55,355 nt of DNA, taken from contig DASTBA010000104.1 of assembly GCA_035712285.1 (NCBI GenBank), positions 1 through 55,355 of the forward strand. Direction: 5' to 3'. Numbering within the stretch: the stretch's first letter is position 1; each line of letters starts with the position of its first letter. Source of the DNA: Gemmatimonadales bacterium (GTDB lineage Bacteria; Gemmatimonadota; Gemmatimonadetes; Gemmatimonadales; GWC2-71-9). The translations under genes and the position numbers were made by a program. Below are positions 35,317 to 43,510 of this stretch, one piece after another. The notes beneath the pieces are model-generated. The model saw only the letters and a program-made list of their open reading frames with translations, was not told the origin of the DNA and did not search any database.

Positions 35317-37386
35317 GTGGTCCAGCGAAGCGTCGTCCTCCCGTTCCTGCTTGCCGGCGCAGCACTCGCGCAGGCGATGCCGCTGGATGCCCAGCGCCCC
35401 GATTCCACCCGGCGCGACTCGATCGTTCAGCTCCCCCCGATTTCAGTCACCAGCCGGGCCGCGGAGCCGACCCATGTGGTGGCGGCGGCCGTGGGGGTGC
35501 TCGATTCCGCCGCGCTCCGCCAGGGGCGGCGCACCGCCGGCCTCGCCGACGCACTGAGCGACCTGCCGGGAACGTACGTGGCGGATCGCGGACATTTCGC
35601 GCTGGACCAGCGGATCTCGCTCCGGGGATTCGGCAGCCGCTCGGCCTTCGGCACGCGGGGCGTGATGATCCTGCTCGATGGTGTTCCGCAGACGCTGCCG
35701 GACGGCCAGAGTCAATTCACCAATGTCGATCTCGACGACATCGCGCGCGTCGAGGTGCTGCGCGGCTCGGCGTCGGCGCTCTACGGGAACGGCGCCGGGG
35801 GTGTCGTCAGCCTGCAATCGGCCCTTGCTGCGCCGGAGCCGTGGGCGGCCCGCGCCCGGCTCGAAGGAGGTGAGGCGGGATATCTCAAGTGGTCCGGCTG
35901 GGGCAGCGTGCGACAGGGCCGGTGGAGCGGCACCGGTTCCCTCTCCCGCGCCACCGTGGACGGATTCCGCCAGCACAGTTCGGCGGACCTCAGGCGCCTC
36001 GGCGTGCAGGGAGAGTATCGCGGCAGCCGGGTCAAGCTCGCGCTCCGCTTCCATGCCGCCGACGACCCGCGGGCCGACAACCCCGGCGCCCTGACGCAGG
36101 CGGAATACGCCGCGAATCCGGATTCCGCCGCTGCCGCCAACCTCAGAAACGGTGCGGGCAAGGCGGTCTCCCAGCAACAGGTGTCGCTGAGCCTGAGTCA
36201 CATGGACACGGGCGGTACGTCCTACGACGTGACGCTGTTCGGGCTGCATCGCAACCTCGACAACCCGCTCGCGTCCGCCACCGACGTCCGGATCCTCCGA
36301 TGGGCCGGCGGAGTGCGCGGAAGCGTGACCCGCCGGCTCGGCGGCGCGAGTTCGGCTCCACTCATCACGGCCGGCTTCGACGCGCAGTGGCTGCGCGACG
36401 ATCGCGCCAATCTGCAGAACGTGGCCAGCGGTACGCCGGACACGACCCTGCGGCAGATCGAGTCCACCGCCGAACTGGGTCCCTTCCTGCGGGGCAGCTG
36501 GCAGCCGTCGGGCCGGTGGGGCGTGGATGCAGGCGTCCGCTACGACCGCGTGCGGTTCCGCGTGGCGGACCGCTACCTGGCGGACGGTGAGGACAACTCG
36601 GGAGCGCGCAGCATGGGCGCCTGGAGCGGCAGCGTGGCGGCGACGTACACCGGCTTCGCACCCCTCGCGCCCTATGCCAGCCTGTCCACGTCGTACGAAA
36701 CGCCCACCACGACGGAGCTTGCCGTCCAGCAGTCAGGAGCCGGCGGATTCAATCCCTCACTCGGGCCGCAGCGGGCCGTCAATGCCGAAATCGGCGCGCG
36801 GGGCGCTGACGGGCCGGTCACCTGGTCACTGGCGCTGTTCAATGCCTGGATCAGGGATGCCCTGGTCCCATATGCGCAGGCCGATGGCCGCAGCTATTAC
36901 GTCAATGCCGGACGGATCCGGAATCGCGGCATCGAGCTTGGGGCCACGGCCCGAGTGAACGCACAGTGGACGCTGCAGGGCGCCTGGACCTTCGCCGACT
37001 ACCGGTTCACCGACTATGTACTGGTCAACGGCGCCACCAGCACCGACTTCGGCGGCCACCGGCTGGCCGGCGTCCCCCGGTCATTCCTGCGGCTGGGCAT
37101 GCGCGGCCGGATTGCCGGCGGCTGGATCGCCGTAACCCAGACGGTCGCGAGCGGCCTTTGGGCGGATGATGCGAACGCGATCCGGGCTGACGGGTGGAAC
37201 AGTACCGACGCCAGGTTGGGATACTCCCTGCGCACCGGTGGCGCCGCCATCGCCCCGTTCGCCGGTGTTTCGAACCTCTGGAATGCCCGCTATGTTGCCT
37301 CGGTGACCATCAACGGCGCCAACGGCCGCGTGCTGGAACCGTCGGCGCCGCGCACCATCTACGGCGGGCTCGAGGCATCCTGGTAG
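35317..37386 (+). CDS. TonB-dependent receptor, YncD/PqqU-like
   Basis: SD GGAGGAG then GTG 35317 and a signal peptide; plug RGFGSRSAFGTRGVMILLDGVPQTLPDGQ...VEVLRGSASALYGNGAGGVV; C-terminus NGANGRVLEPSAPRTIYGGLEASW. Confidence 0.9.
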   Translation: MVQRSVVLPFLLAGAALAQAMPLDAQRPDSTRRDSIVQLPPISVTSRAAEPTHVVAAAVGVLDSAALRQGRRTAGLADALSDLPGTYVADRGHFALDQRISLRGFGSRSAFGTRGVMILLDGVPQTLPDGQSQFTNVDLDDIARVEVLRGSASALYGNGAGGVVSLQSALAAPEPWAARARLEGGEAGYLKWSGWGSVRQGRWSGTGSLSRATVDGFRQHSSADLRRLGVQGEYRGSRVKLALRFHAADDPRADNPGALTQAEYAANPDSAAAANLRNGAGKAVSQQQVSLSLSHMDTGGTSYDVTLFGLHRNLDNPLASATDVRILRWAGGVRGSVTRRLGGASSAPLITAGFDAQWLRDDRANLQNVASGTPDTTLRQIESTAELGPFLRGSWQPSGRWGVDAGVRYDRVRFRVADRYLADGEDNSGARSMGAWSGSVAATYTGFAPLAPYASLSTSYETPTTTELAVQQSGAGGFNPSLGPQRAVNAEIGARGADGPVTWSLALFNAWIRDALVPYAQADGRSYYVNAGRIRNRGIELGATARVNAQWTLQGAWTFADYRFTDYVLVNGATSTDFGGHRLAGVPRSFLRLGMRGRIAGGWIAVTQTVASGLWADDANAIRADGWNSTDARLGYSLRTGGAAIAPFAGVSNLWNARYVASVTINGANGRVLEPSAPRTIYGGLEASW

Positions 37387-37434
37387 ACTCCGGAACGCCC
37401 GAACGCTCCGCTCTTTCACCACGAGGACCATGAG

Positions 37435-37983
37435 ATGAAGCCCACGGATGCACGCAAGCGGCAGGCGCTGATGGAGCGCCGGGAAGCGCCGCTCCTCACG
37501 CCCACCGATCTCAAGGCTGCCGCCACGCGCGACATCACCGCCGCGATGAACGGGGTGCTGGCGGATGTGTTCGCGCTCTACGTCAAGACGAAAAGCTTCC
37601 ACTGGCACATGAGCGGGCCGCACTTCCGCGACTACCACCTGCTGCTGGACGAGCAGGCGGAGCAGATCTTCGGGATGACGGACGCGATCGCGGAGCGGGT
37701 GCGGAAGGTGGGCGGCATCACCATCCGGTCCATCGGCCAGATCGCGCGCACCCAGCGCATCCTGGACAACGATGCCGAATACGTGGAGCCGGCGGACATG
37801 CTGGCGGAGCTGCGGGATGACAACCGGGCCCTGGCCGGAAGCCTGCGCGCCGCGCACCGGGTGTGCGAGAAGCACGGGGATGTCGCCACCACGAGCCTCA
37901 TCGAGAACTGGGTGGACGAAACCGAGCGGCGGGTGTGGTTCCTCTTCGAGTGCGGCCAGCGGGAGGGCACGGCGGGGCACTGA
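37435..37983 (+). CDS. dps: Dps family DNA starvation/stationary-phase protection protein
   Basis: KTKSFHWHMSGPHFRDYHLLLDEQ...DAIAERVR ferroxidase motif, DVATTSLI. Confidence 0.95.
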   Translation: MKPTDARKRQALMERREAPLLTPTDLKAAATRDITAAMNGVLADVFALYVKTKSFHWHMSGPHFRDYHLLLDEQAEQIFGMTDAIAERVRKVGGITIRSIGQIARTQRILDNDAEYVEPADMLAELRDDNRALAGSLRAAHRVCEKHGDVATTSLIENWVDETERRVWFLFECGQREGTAGH

Positions 37984-38015
37984 GCATGACGTGCACGACG
38001 CCCGGCCCGCGGTGG

Positions 38016-39146
38016 TCAGTGGTGCGCCACAACCCCCGCGAGCGCGGCCGCCGCGACCAGCCAGGCGGAGTTCACGCGGAACCGGAACAGGAGAATGGCT
38101 CCCGCGACGGCAATGGCCACCGTCCAGGGATCCACGATCGCGGCTCGGCTCAATTGCCAGGTGACGACCGCGATCAGCGCCAGGGACGCGACGATCACGC
38201 CATCCAGGAACGCCGACGCCGTGGGTGACTTGCGGATGCGTGGCACGAGCGGCCCGCTGAGCGCGACGAACAGGAAGGCGGGCAGGAAGATGCCGGCCGT
38301 GGCGACGGCGGCACCGCGCGAGCCCGCCAGCAGGTAGCCGATGAACGTGGCGGTGGTGAAGACCGGCCCCGGCGTCACCTGCCCGACGGCGACGGCGTCG
38401 AGCAGCTGCTGGTTGGTGAGCCAGCCGAGGCGCTCGACGAAATCGGCCCGGAGAAAGGCCAGCAGCACGTAGCCGCTGCCGAACAGCACCGAGCCGATCT
38501 TGGCGAAGGTGAGGAAGAGCGTCGAGAACGCGAACGGTACCGCCGTGGCGGCCGACGAGGCCGCCAGGAATCCGGCGGCCGGCCCCGCGCCCGCGAACGA
38601 CGACGGCCCGATGAACCGTTTCGAAGCGAGGGCCGCACACAGGCCGGCCGCCACGAGGACGAGGAGTTCGTTGGCACCCGCCGCCACGAACGCCACGGCC
38701 AGGATACCGATCACGGCGAGGGTGCGGGTCTTGAGCGCCGTCCGGCCCAGCCGCCAGAGCGCCTGCAGCATCACCACGATCACGATCGGCTTCACGCCAT
38801 AGAGGACACCCGCCGCCGCGGGAAGCGTCCCGAACCTGACGTACACCCAGGCCAGCGCGGTGACAATGGCCACCGCCGGCAGGATGAAGGCGGTGCCGGC
38901 GACGACCAGCCCCCGCCATCCGCCGCAGGCGTGCCCGACGTGAATCGCCATCTCGGTCGAGTTCGGGCCGGGAATCAGGTTGGTCGCGCCGAGATAGTCG
39001 AGGAACGCTTCACGGCTCATCCAGCCTCGCCGCCGGACCACCTCGTCTTCCATCATGGCGATGTGCGCCGCGGGGCCGCCGAAGGCCGCCGTCCCGAGCT
39101 TGAGGAACACGCCGGCAAGCTCCCGGAGGCGCACCTGTCCCCCCAT
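38016..39146 (-). CDS. chrA: Chromate/oxyanion transporter (CHR family, long form)
   Basis: FLKLG...FGGPAAH, NLIPGPNSTEMA, FGSGYVLL, GQVTPGPVFTTATFIGY; ATG overlaps the upstream stop (TGATG). Confidence 0.93.
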   Translation of the reverse strand: MGGQVRLRELAGVFLKLGTAAFGGPAAHIAMMEDEVVRRRGWMSREAFLDYLGATNLIPGPNSTEMAIHVGHACGGWRGLVVAGTAFILPAVAIVTALAWVYVRFGTLPAAAGVLYGVKPIVIVVMLQALWRLGRTALKTRTLAVIGILAVAFVAAGANELLVLVAAGLCAALASKRFIGPSSFAGAGPAAGFLAASSAATAVPFAFSTLFLTFAKIGSVLFGSGYVLLAFLRADFVERLGWLTNQQLLDAVAVGQVTPGPVFTTATFIGYLLAGSRGAAVATAGIFLPAFLFVALSGPLVPRIRKSPTASAFLDGVIVASLALIAVVTWQLSRAAIVDPWTVAIAVAGAILLFRFRVNSAWLVAAAALAGVVAHH

Positions 39147-40123
39147 CAGAGCTCCATCAGGTCCCGGCCGATGACGAGTTCGCCCTTGAAGTGGGGCGTC
39201 ACCGCCGCGCGCCAGGTCTCGTCCGGTACTGCCGGTGTCGGTGCCCCCGCCGGGACGAAGTGCGTGAGCACGAGGGTCTTCACTCCAGCCGCGGTGGCGA
39301 CCTGCCCCACTTCCTCCGCGCTCGTGTGACTGGCCAGCAGGTGTTCGCGGAGCCGCTTCGCATCGGGCTCGCCGGCGATCAGCTTCTCGAGTGCCGGCAG
39401 GTACATCACCTCGTGCACCAGCACATCGGCGCCGCGAGCGAGGCGCACCAGATTCTCCGACGGCCGCGTGTCGCCCGAGAAGACAATCGAGCGGTCGGGA
39501 CAGTCGAAGCGGTAGGCAAAGGACGGAACGACTGGTGGATGCTGCACCAGGGCGGCGGTCACCTTCACGCGCTCGTCCTGCATCACGATGCCCGCGGCGC
39601 GGATCTCGTGCGGGACGATCAGCGAGCCGAGCGGCGGCCGGCCTTCGTCCTTCGCGCGGATCTCCAGATCGGTGGCGTTCATCTCCAGGAAGAGGCGGGT
39701 CATTGTCCTGAGCGGCGGTGGGCCCCAGGTATCCACCTGGGTGTGGAGGTCGGTGGCCCACGCGAGGGAGAGCAGATTGCCGTAGTCGGCGTTGTGGTCG
39801 GAATGGTGGTGGGTGATGAACACGTCGCGGATGGCGCCGAGATCGAGCCCGGCGCGCACCATCTGCCGCGCCACGCCGTTGCCGCAATCAATCACGTAGA
39901 TCACGCCGTCAATCACGATGGCCTGGGCCGGGGCGGAGCGGTCCACCTTGGGGGTGGGGCCGCCAGCGGTGCCGAGGAGGATGAGGCGGGAGCGGCCGGG
40001 TGCTCTTCTGCGAAGGAGGAGCGGGGGCCGGAAGGACATGAGTGCCAGTGCGAGGGATACGCCCGCAGCCCGGATCATTTCCCGGCGGGAAGGGCTGCGA
40101 CCGGATCGAGCGCCAGGATCCAT
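39146..40123 (-). CDS. MBL-fold hydrolase (RNase Z / AtsA arylsulfatase-like) with Tat-like signal
   Basis: SD GGAGG; SRREMI; ILLGTAGGP, IDCG, FITHHHSDH, VFSGDT, VLVHEV, HTSAEEVG, LTHF. Confidence 0.88.
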   Translation of the reverse strand: MDPGARSGRSPSRREMIRAAGVSLALALMSFRPPLLLRRRAPGRSRLILLGTAGGPTPKVDRSAPAQAIVIDGVIYVIDCGNGVARQMVRAGLDLGAIRDVFITHHHSDHNADYGNLLSLAWATDLHTQVDTWGPPPLRTMTRLFLEMNATDLEIRAKDEGRPPLGSLIVPHEIRAAGIVMQDERVKVTAALVQHPPVVPSFAYRFDCPDRSIVFSGDTRPSENLVRLARGADVLVHEVMYLPALEKLIAGEPDAKRLREHLLASHTSAEEVGQVATAAGVKTLVLTHFVPAGAPTPAVPDETWRAAVTPHFKGELVIGRDLMEL

Positions 40124-40138
40124 TCAATCCTCCGTGAC

Positions 40139-40174
40139 GAAGCCCCGCACGGCACTGCTGCCGCACGGGGCTTC
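40139..40174 (-). terminator. 16-bp hairpin directly 3' of tRNA-Ile
   Basis: Minus strand GAAGCCCCGTGCGGCA-gcag-TGCCGTGCGGGGCTTC; two G-U pairs form only on the minus strand. Confidence 0.6.
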
Positions 40175-40178
40175 CGAA

Positions 40179-40252
<74 letters not shown>

Positions 40253-40270
40253 CGAACCTCAAGGGACGGG

Positions 40271-40299
40271 AGGATACGAATCCGCCCGCCCGGGCGCAA
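40271..40299 (-). promoter_or_regulatory. sigma70-type promoter of tRNA-Ile
   Basis: TTGCGC-N17-TATCCT on the minus strand. Confidence 0.6.
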
Positions 40300-40323
40300 C
40301 CCCGCCGCACCCGGGCACCCCGC

Positions 40324-40545
40324 CTAGCGGTCCTCGTCCTCGTCCTCCCCGAAGACGACGTCGTCGTCCTCGCCGAACTCGTCGTCCTCCTCCTCGTCCC
40401 CGTCCTCGTCGTCGAATTCGCCGTTCTCGTCGTCCTCTTCATCGTCGTCGTCGAATCCGAAGCCGTCATCCTCGAACTCATCGTCATCGCCGTCGAACCG
40501 GCGACGCAACTCGACCGCTTCCACCGACGTCTCCCAGGCCAGCAT
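40324..40545 (-). CDS. Small highly acidic low-complexity protein (73 aa)
   Basis: SD GGAGG before ATG 40545; MLAWETSVEAVELRRRF then a D/E/F/G tract; same strand as typA. Confidence 0.7.
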   Translation of the reverse strand: MLAWETSVEAVELRRRFDGDDDEFEDDGFGFDDDDEEDDENGEFDDEDGDEEEDDEFGEDDDVVFGEDEDEDR

Positions 40546-40593
40546 GATCTCCTCCACCACTCGACGGTGTGTTATGCGCCCCGGATGGGAGCC

Positions 40594-42450
40594 CTAGGAC
40601 GCGTTCTCGACCCGGGCAGCCGCCCGAGCGGCCTTCCGGCGGTCCACCGCAGCCAGCTGCCGCTTGCGCAGGCGGATGGTCTGCGGGGTCACTTCGATCA
40701 GTTCATCCTCCTCGATGTACTCGAGGGCGTACTCCAGCGTGATCTGCCGCGGCGGCTCCAGGATGACGTTGTCGTCCGACGCCGTGGTCCGCATGTTGGT
40801 CAGCTTCTTTTCCTTGCAGACGTTGACGTCCATGTCCCCGGGCCGCGCACTCTCCCCCACCACCATCCCCTCGTAGACCAGGTCGCCGGGGGAGACGAAC
40901 ATCTGCGCCCGCTCCTGCAGGTTGCCGAGGGCGAATGCTACCACCGCCCCCTCCCGGTCCGCCACGAGCACGCCCCGCTTCCGCCCCGACAGCGGGCCGG
41001 CCCAGCCCCCGTATTCCAGGAACCGATGATGCATGATGCCGGTGCCGCGGGTGTCCGTCAAAAACTCCGAGCGGTACCCGAACAGCCCGCGCGCCGGCAC
41101 CCGGAAGGTCATACGGACCATCCCCTGCCCCGGATTCCGCATCTCGGTCATCTCCGCCCGGCGCGGCCCCAGCTTCTCCATGACCGTGCCCATGAACTCC
41201 TCGGGCACGTCCACCATCAGCTCCTCGTACGGCTCCAGCCGTTCCCCGTTGGGGCCCTCGCGCGTGATCACCCTCGGCCGGGAGACCTGGAACTCGTACC
41301 CCTCGCGCCGCATCGTCTCCATCAGGATGCCGAGATGCAGCTCCCCGCGCCCGGCGACGGCGTGCGTGTCGGGACTCTCGGTCGGTTCCACCTTGAGCGC
41401 CACGTTCCGTTCCAGCTCGCGGAAGAGGCGGTCCCGTACCTGCCGGCTGGTGACGAACTTCCCCTCCCGCCCGGCGAAGGGACTGTTGTTCACGATGAAG
41501 TCCACCGAGATGGTGGGCTCCTCCACCGCGATACCGGCCAGGCGCTCCGGCCGTTCCACCGCCGTGAACGTCTTGCCGATCTCGATCCCCTCGAAGCCCG
41601 CCAGGGCGACGATGTCGCCCGCCGAGGCCTCGTTCACCTCCACCCGGTTGAGCCCGTCGAAGGTATAGAGCTTGGTCACCCGGTTCCGCTCGGCCGACTC
41701 GTCCTCGACCAGCCCCGGCTCGCCCAGCGGCAGGAGGGCGATCTGGTCCCCCACCTTGATCCGGCCTCGCTCGATCCGCCCGATGCCGATCCGGCCCAGG
41801 AAGCTCGAATGGTCCAGGGTGGAGACCAGCATCTGGAACGGCCCTTCCGGATCCCCGGTGGGCGCCGGCACGTGGGCCAGGATGGTGTCAAAGAGCGGCA
41901 CGAGGTCGGTGCCGGGATGATCCAGCTCCAGCGTGGCGGTGCCGGCCCGGCTCGACGTGTACAGAAAGGGTGCGTCAAGCTGCTCGTGCGTCGCATCCAG
42001 GTCGATGAAGAGCCCCAGCACCTCATCGTGCACCCGGAGCGGCTCGGCGTCGGCCCGGTCGATCTTGTTGATCGCCACGATGGGATGGAGGCCCAGCGCC
42101 AGCGCCTTGCGGGTGACGAACCGGGTCTGCGGCATCGGCCCTTCGGCCGCATCCACCAGGATCAGCACCCCGTCCACCATGCGGAGGATGCGCTCCACCT
42201 CGCCACCGAAATCGGCATGGCCGGGCGTGTCCACGATGTTGATCTTGGTGCCGTGCCAGGTGACGGCGGTGTTCTTGGCCAGGATCGTGATGCCCCGCTC
42301 CCGTTCCAGCGGGTTGGAGTCCATCACCCGCTCGGCCACCTGCTGGTTGGCGCGGAATGCGCCGGCCTGGCGGAGCATCTGGTCCACGAGGGTGGTTTTC
42401 CCGTGGTCCACGTGCGCGATGATGGCGAGATTCCGGATCCTGTTTGACAC
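40594..42450 (-). CDS. typA: Translational GTPase TypA/BipA
   Basis: IRNLAIIAHVDHGKTTLVD, DSNPLERERGITILAK, DTPGHADFGGEVER, GRGELHL, NVCKEKKLTNMR. Confidence 0.98.
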   Translation of the reverse strand: MSNRIRNLAIIAHVDHGKTTLVDQMLRQAGAFRANQQVAERVMDSNPLERERGITILAKNTAVTWHGTKINIVDTPGHADFGGEVERILRMVDGVLILVDAAEGPMPQTRFVTRKALALGLHPIVAINKIDRADAEPLRVHDEVLGLFIDLDATHEQLDAPFLYTSSRAGTATLELDHPGTDLVPLFDTILAHVPAPTGDPEGPFQMLVSTLDHSSFLGRIGIGRIERGRIKVGDQIALLPLGEPGLVEDESAERNRVTKLYTFDGLNRVEVNEASAGDIVALAGFEGIEIGKTFTAVERPERLAGIAVEEPTISVDFIVNNSPFAGREGKFVTSRQVRDRLFRELERNVALKVEPTESPDTHAVAGRGELHLGILMETMRREGYEFQVSRPRVITREGPNGERLEPYEELMVDVPEEFMGTVMEKLGPRRAEMTEMRNPGQGMVRMTFRVPARGLFGYRSEFLTDTRGTGIMHHRFLEYGGWAGPLSGRKRGVLVADREGAVVAFALGNLQERAQMFVSPGDLVYEGMVVGESARPGDMDVNVCKEKKLTNMRTTASDDNVILEPPRQITLEYALEYIEEDELIEVTPQTIRLRKRQLAAVDRRKAARAAARVENAS

Positions 42451-42513
42451 TGCGTTTCATCCTGCGTGACGGCCCGTGCAGCCCGATGGCCGGGCCTGCG
42501 CGGCGCATATATA

Positions 42514-42567
42514 GACAGGATGGGCAGGACGGGCAAGGCGGACAGGACGGGCAAGGCGGACAGGACG
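42514..42567. repeat. 9-bp tandem array (6 units) between czcD and typA
   Basis: GACAGGATG GGCAGGACG GGCAAGGCG GACAGGACG GGCAAGGCG GACAGGACG. Confidence 0.85.
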
Positions 42568-42568
42568 C

Positions 42569-43480
42569 TCAGGTGCAGTCCCCATCCAGGCACGGCGACT
42601 CCACCTCCAGCTGGATCGTGACATGCCCGATGCCCAGGTCCGCCATCCCGCTCCGGATGCCGCCCAGGACGTCGGGATGGTGGCCCAGATCCGGCACCAC
42701 CGCGTGGCCGCTCATCGCGACGAGGCCGCTCCGGACCGTCCAGACGTGGAGGTCATGCACGTCGGCCACGCCAGGCACCGCGCGCATCCGGCGCTCCACC
42801 TCCTGCATGGAGACGCTGGGAGGCACTGCCTCCAGGAGCACGTCGAGACTCTCCCGGAGCAGCCGCCACGCGCTCACCAGGATGAGCGCCGCCACGGCGA
42901 TCGAGAGTATCGGGTCGGCCGGGCGCCAGCCGGTGGCGGCGATGATGATCGCGGCCAGGATGGCGGCGGCGCTGCCCAGCAGGTCGCCCATGATGTGGAG
43001 ATAGGCGCCCCTGGCATTCAGGCTGTGTGAATGGTGTCCGTGCAGCAGCCGGAGGGACATCACGTTGGCCAGGAGACCGGCCACGGCCACGACCAGCATC
43101 CACCCGGCGCGGATGTCGGGCGGTGACTGAATCCGGTGTACCGCCTCGTAGACCACCCACCCGGCGATCACGAAGAGCGCCAGGGCGTTCACGGCCGCGG
43201 CCACCACCTCCCAGCGCCGGTAGCCGTAGGTCTTGTGGTCGTCGGCGGGCCTGGCGCCCACCACGGCCGTGAGCAGCGACAGCCCGAGGGCGGCGACGTC
43301 GGTGAGCATGTGGCCGGCGTCGGCCAGGAGCGCCAGCGACCCCGTCCACCAGCCGCCCAGCGCTTCCACCACCATGAACGTGGCGGTGATGAGAAGCACC
43401 CAGAGCAGCGTGCGCCGGGGCGATGCGTGGTCATGTCCCGAATGCGAATGGTCAGTCAAGCGAACCTGCTGCCTCGCCAT
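42569..43480 (-). CDS. czcD: Cation diffusion facilitator (CzcD/ZitB-like) Zn/Co/Cd exporter
   Basis: His-rich N-terminus, SLALLADAGHMLTD, TYGYRRWE, GAYLHIMGD, VHDLHVW; alternative TTG start at 43459. Confidence 0.93.
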   Translation of the reverse strand: MARQQVRLTDHSHSGHDHASPRRTLLWVLLITATFMVVEALGGWWTGSLALLADAGHMLTDVAALGLSLLTAVVGARPADDHKTYGYRRWEVVAAAVNALALFVIAGWVVYEAVHRIQSPPDIRAGWMLVVAVAGLLANVMSLRLLHGHHSHSLNARGAYLHIMGDLLGSAAAILAAIIIAATGWRPADPILSIAVAALILVSAWRLLRESLDVLLEAVPPSVSMQEVERRMRAVPGVADVHDLHVWTVRSGLVAMSGHAVVPDLGHHPDVLGGIRSGMADLGIGHVTIQLEVESPCLDGDCT

Positions 43481-43496
43481 AAAGCGTGATATTCAT

Positions 43497-43502
43497 TAGA
43501 CT
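43497..43502 (+). promoter_or_regulatory. -10 element TAGACT, 8 nt before the ATG at 43511
   Basis: Lies in a 30-bp AT-rich divergent gap; no SD. Confidence 0.45.
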
Positions 43503-43510
43503 TAAGCTTC

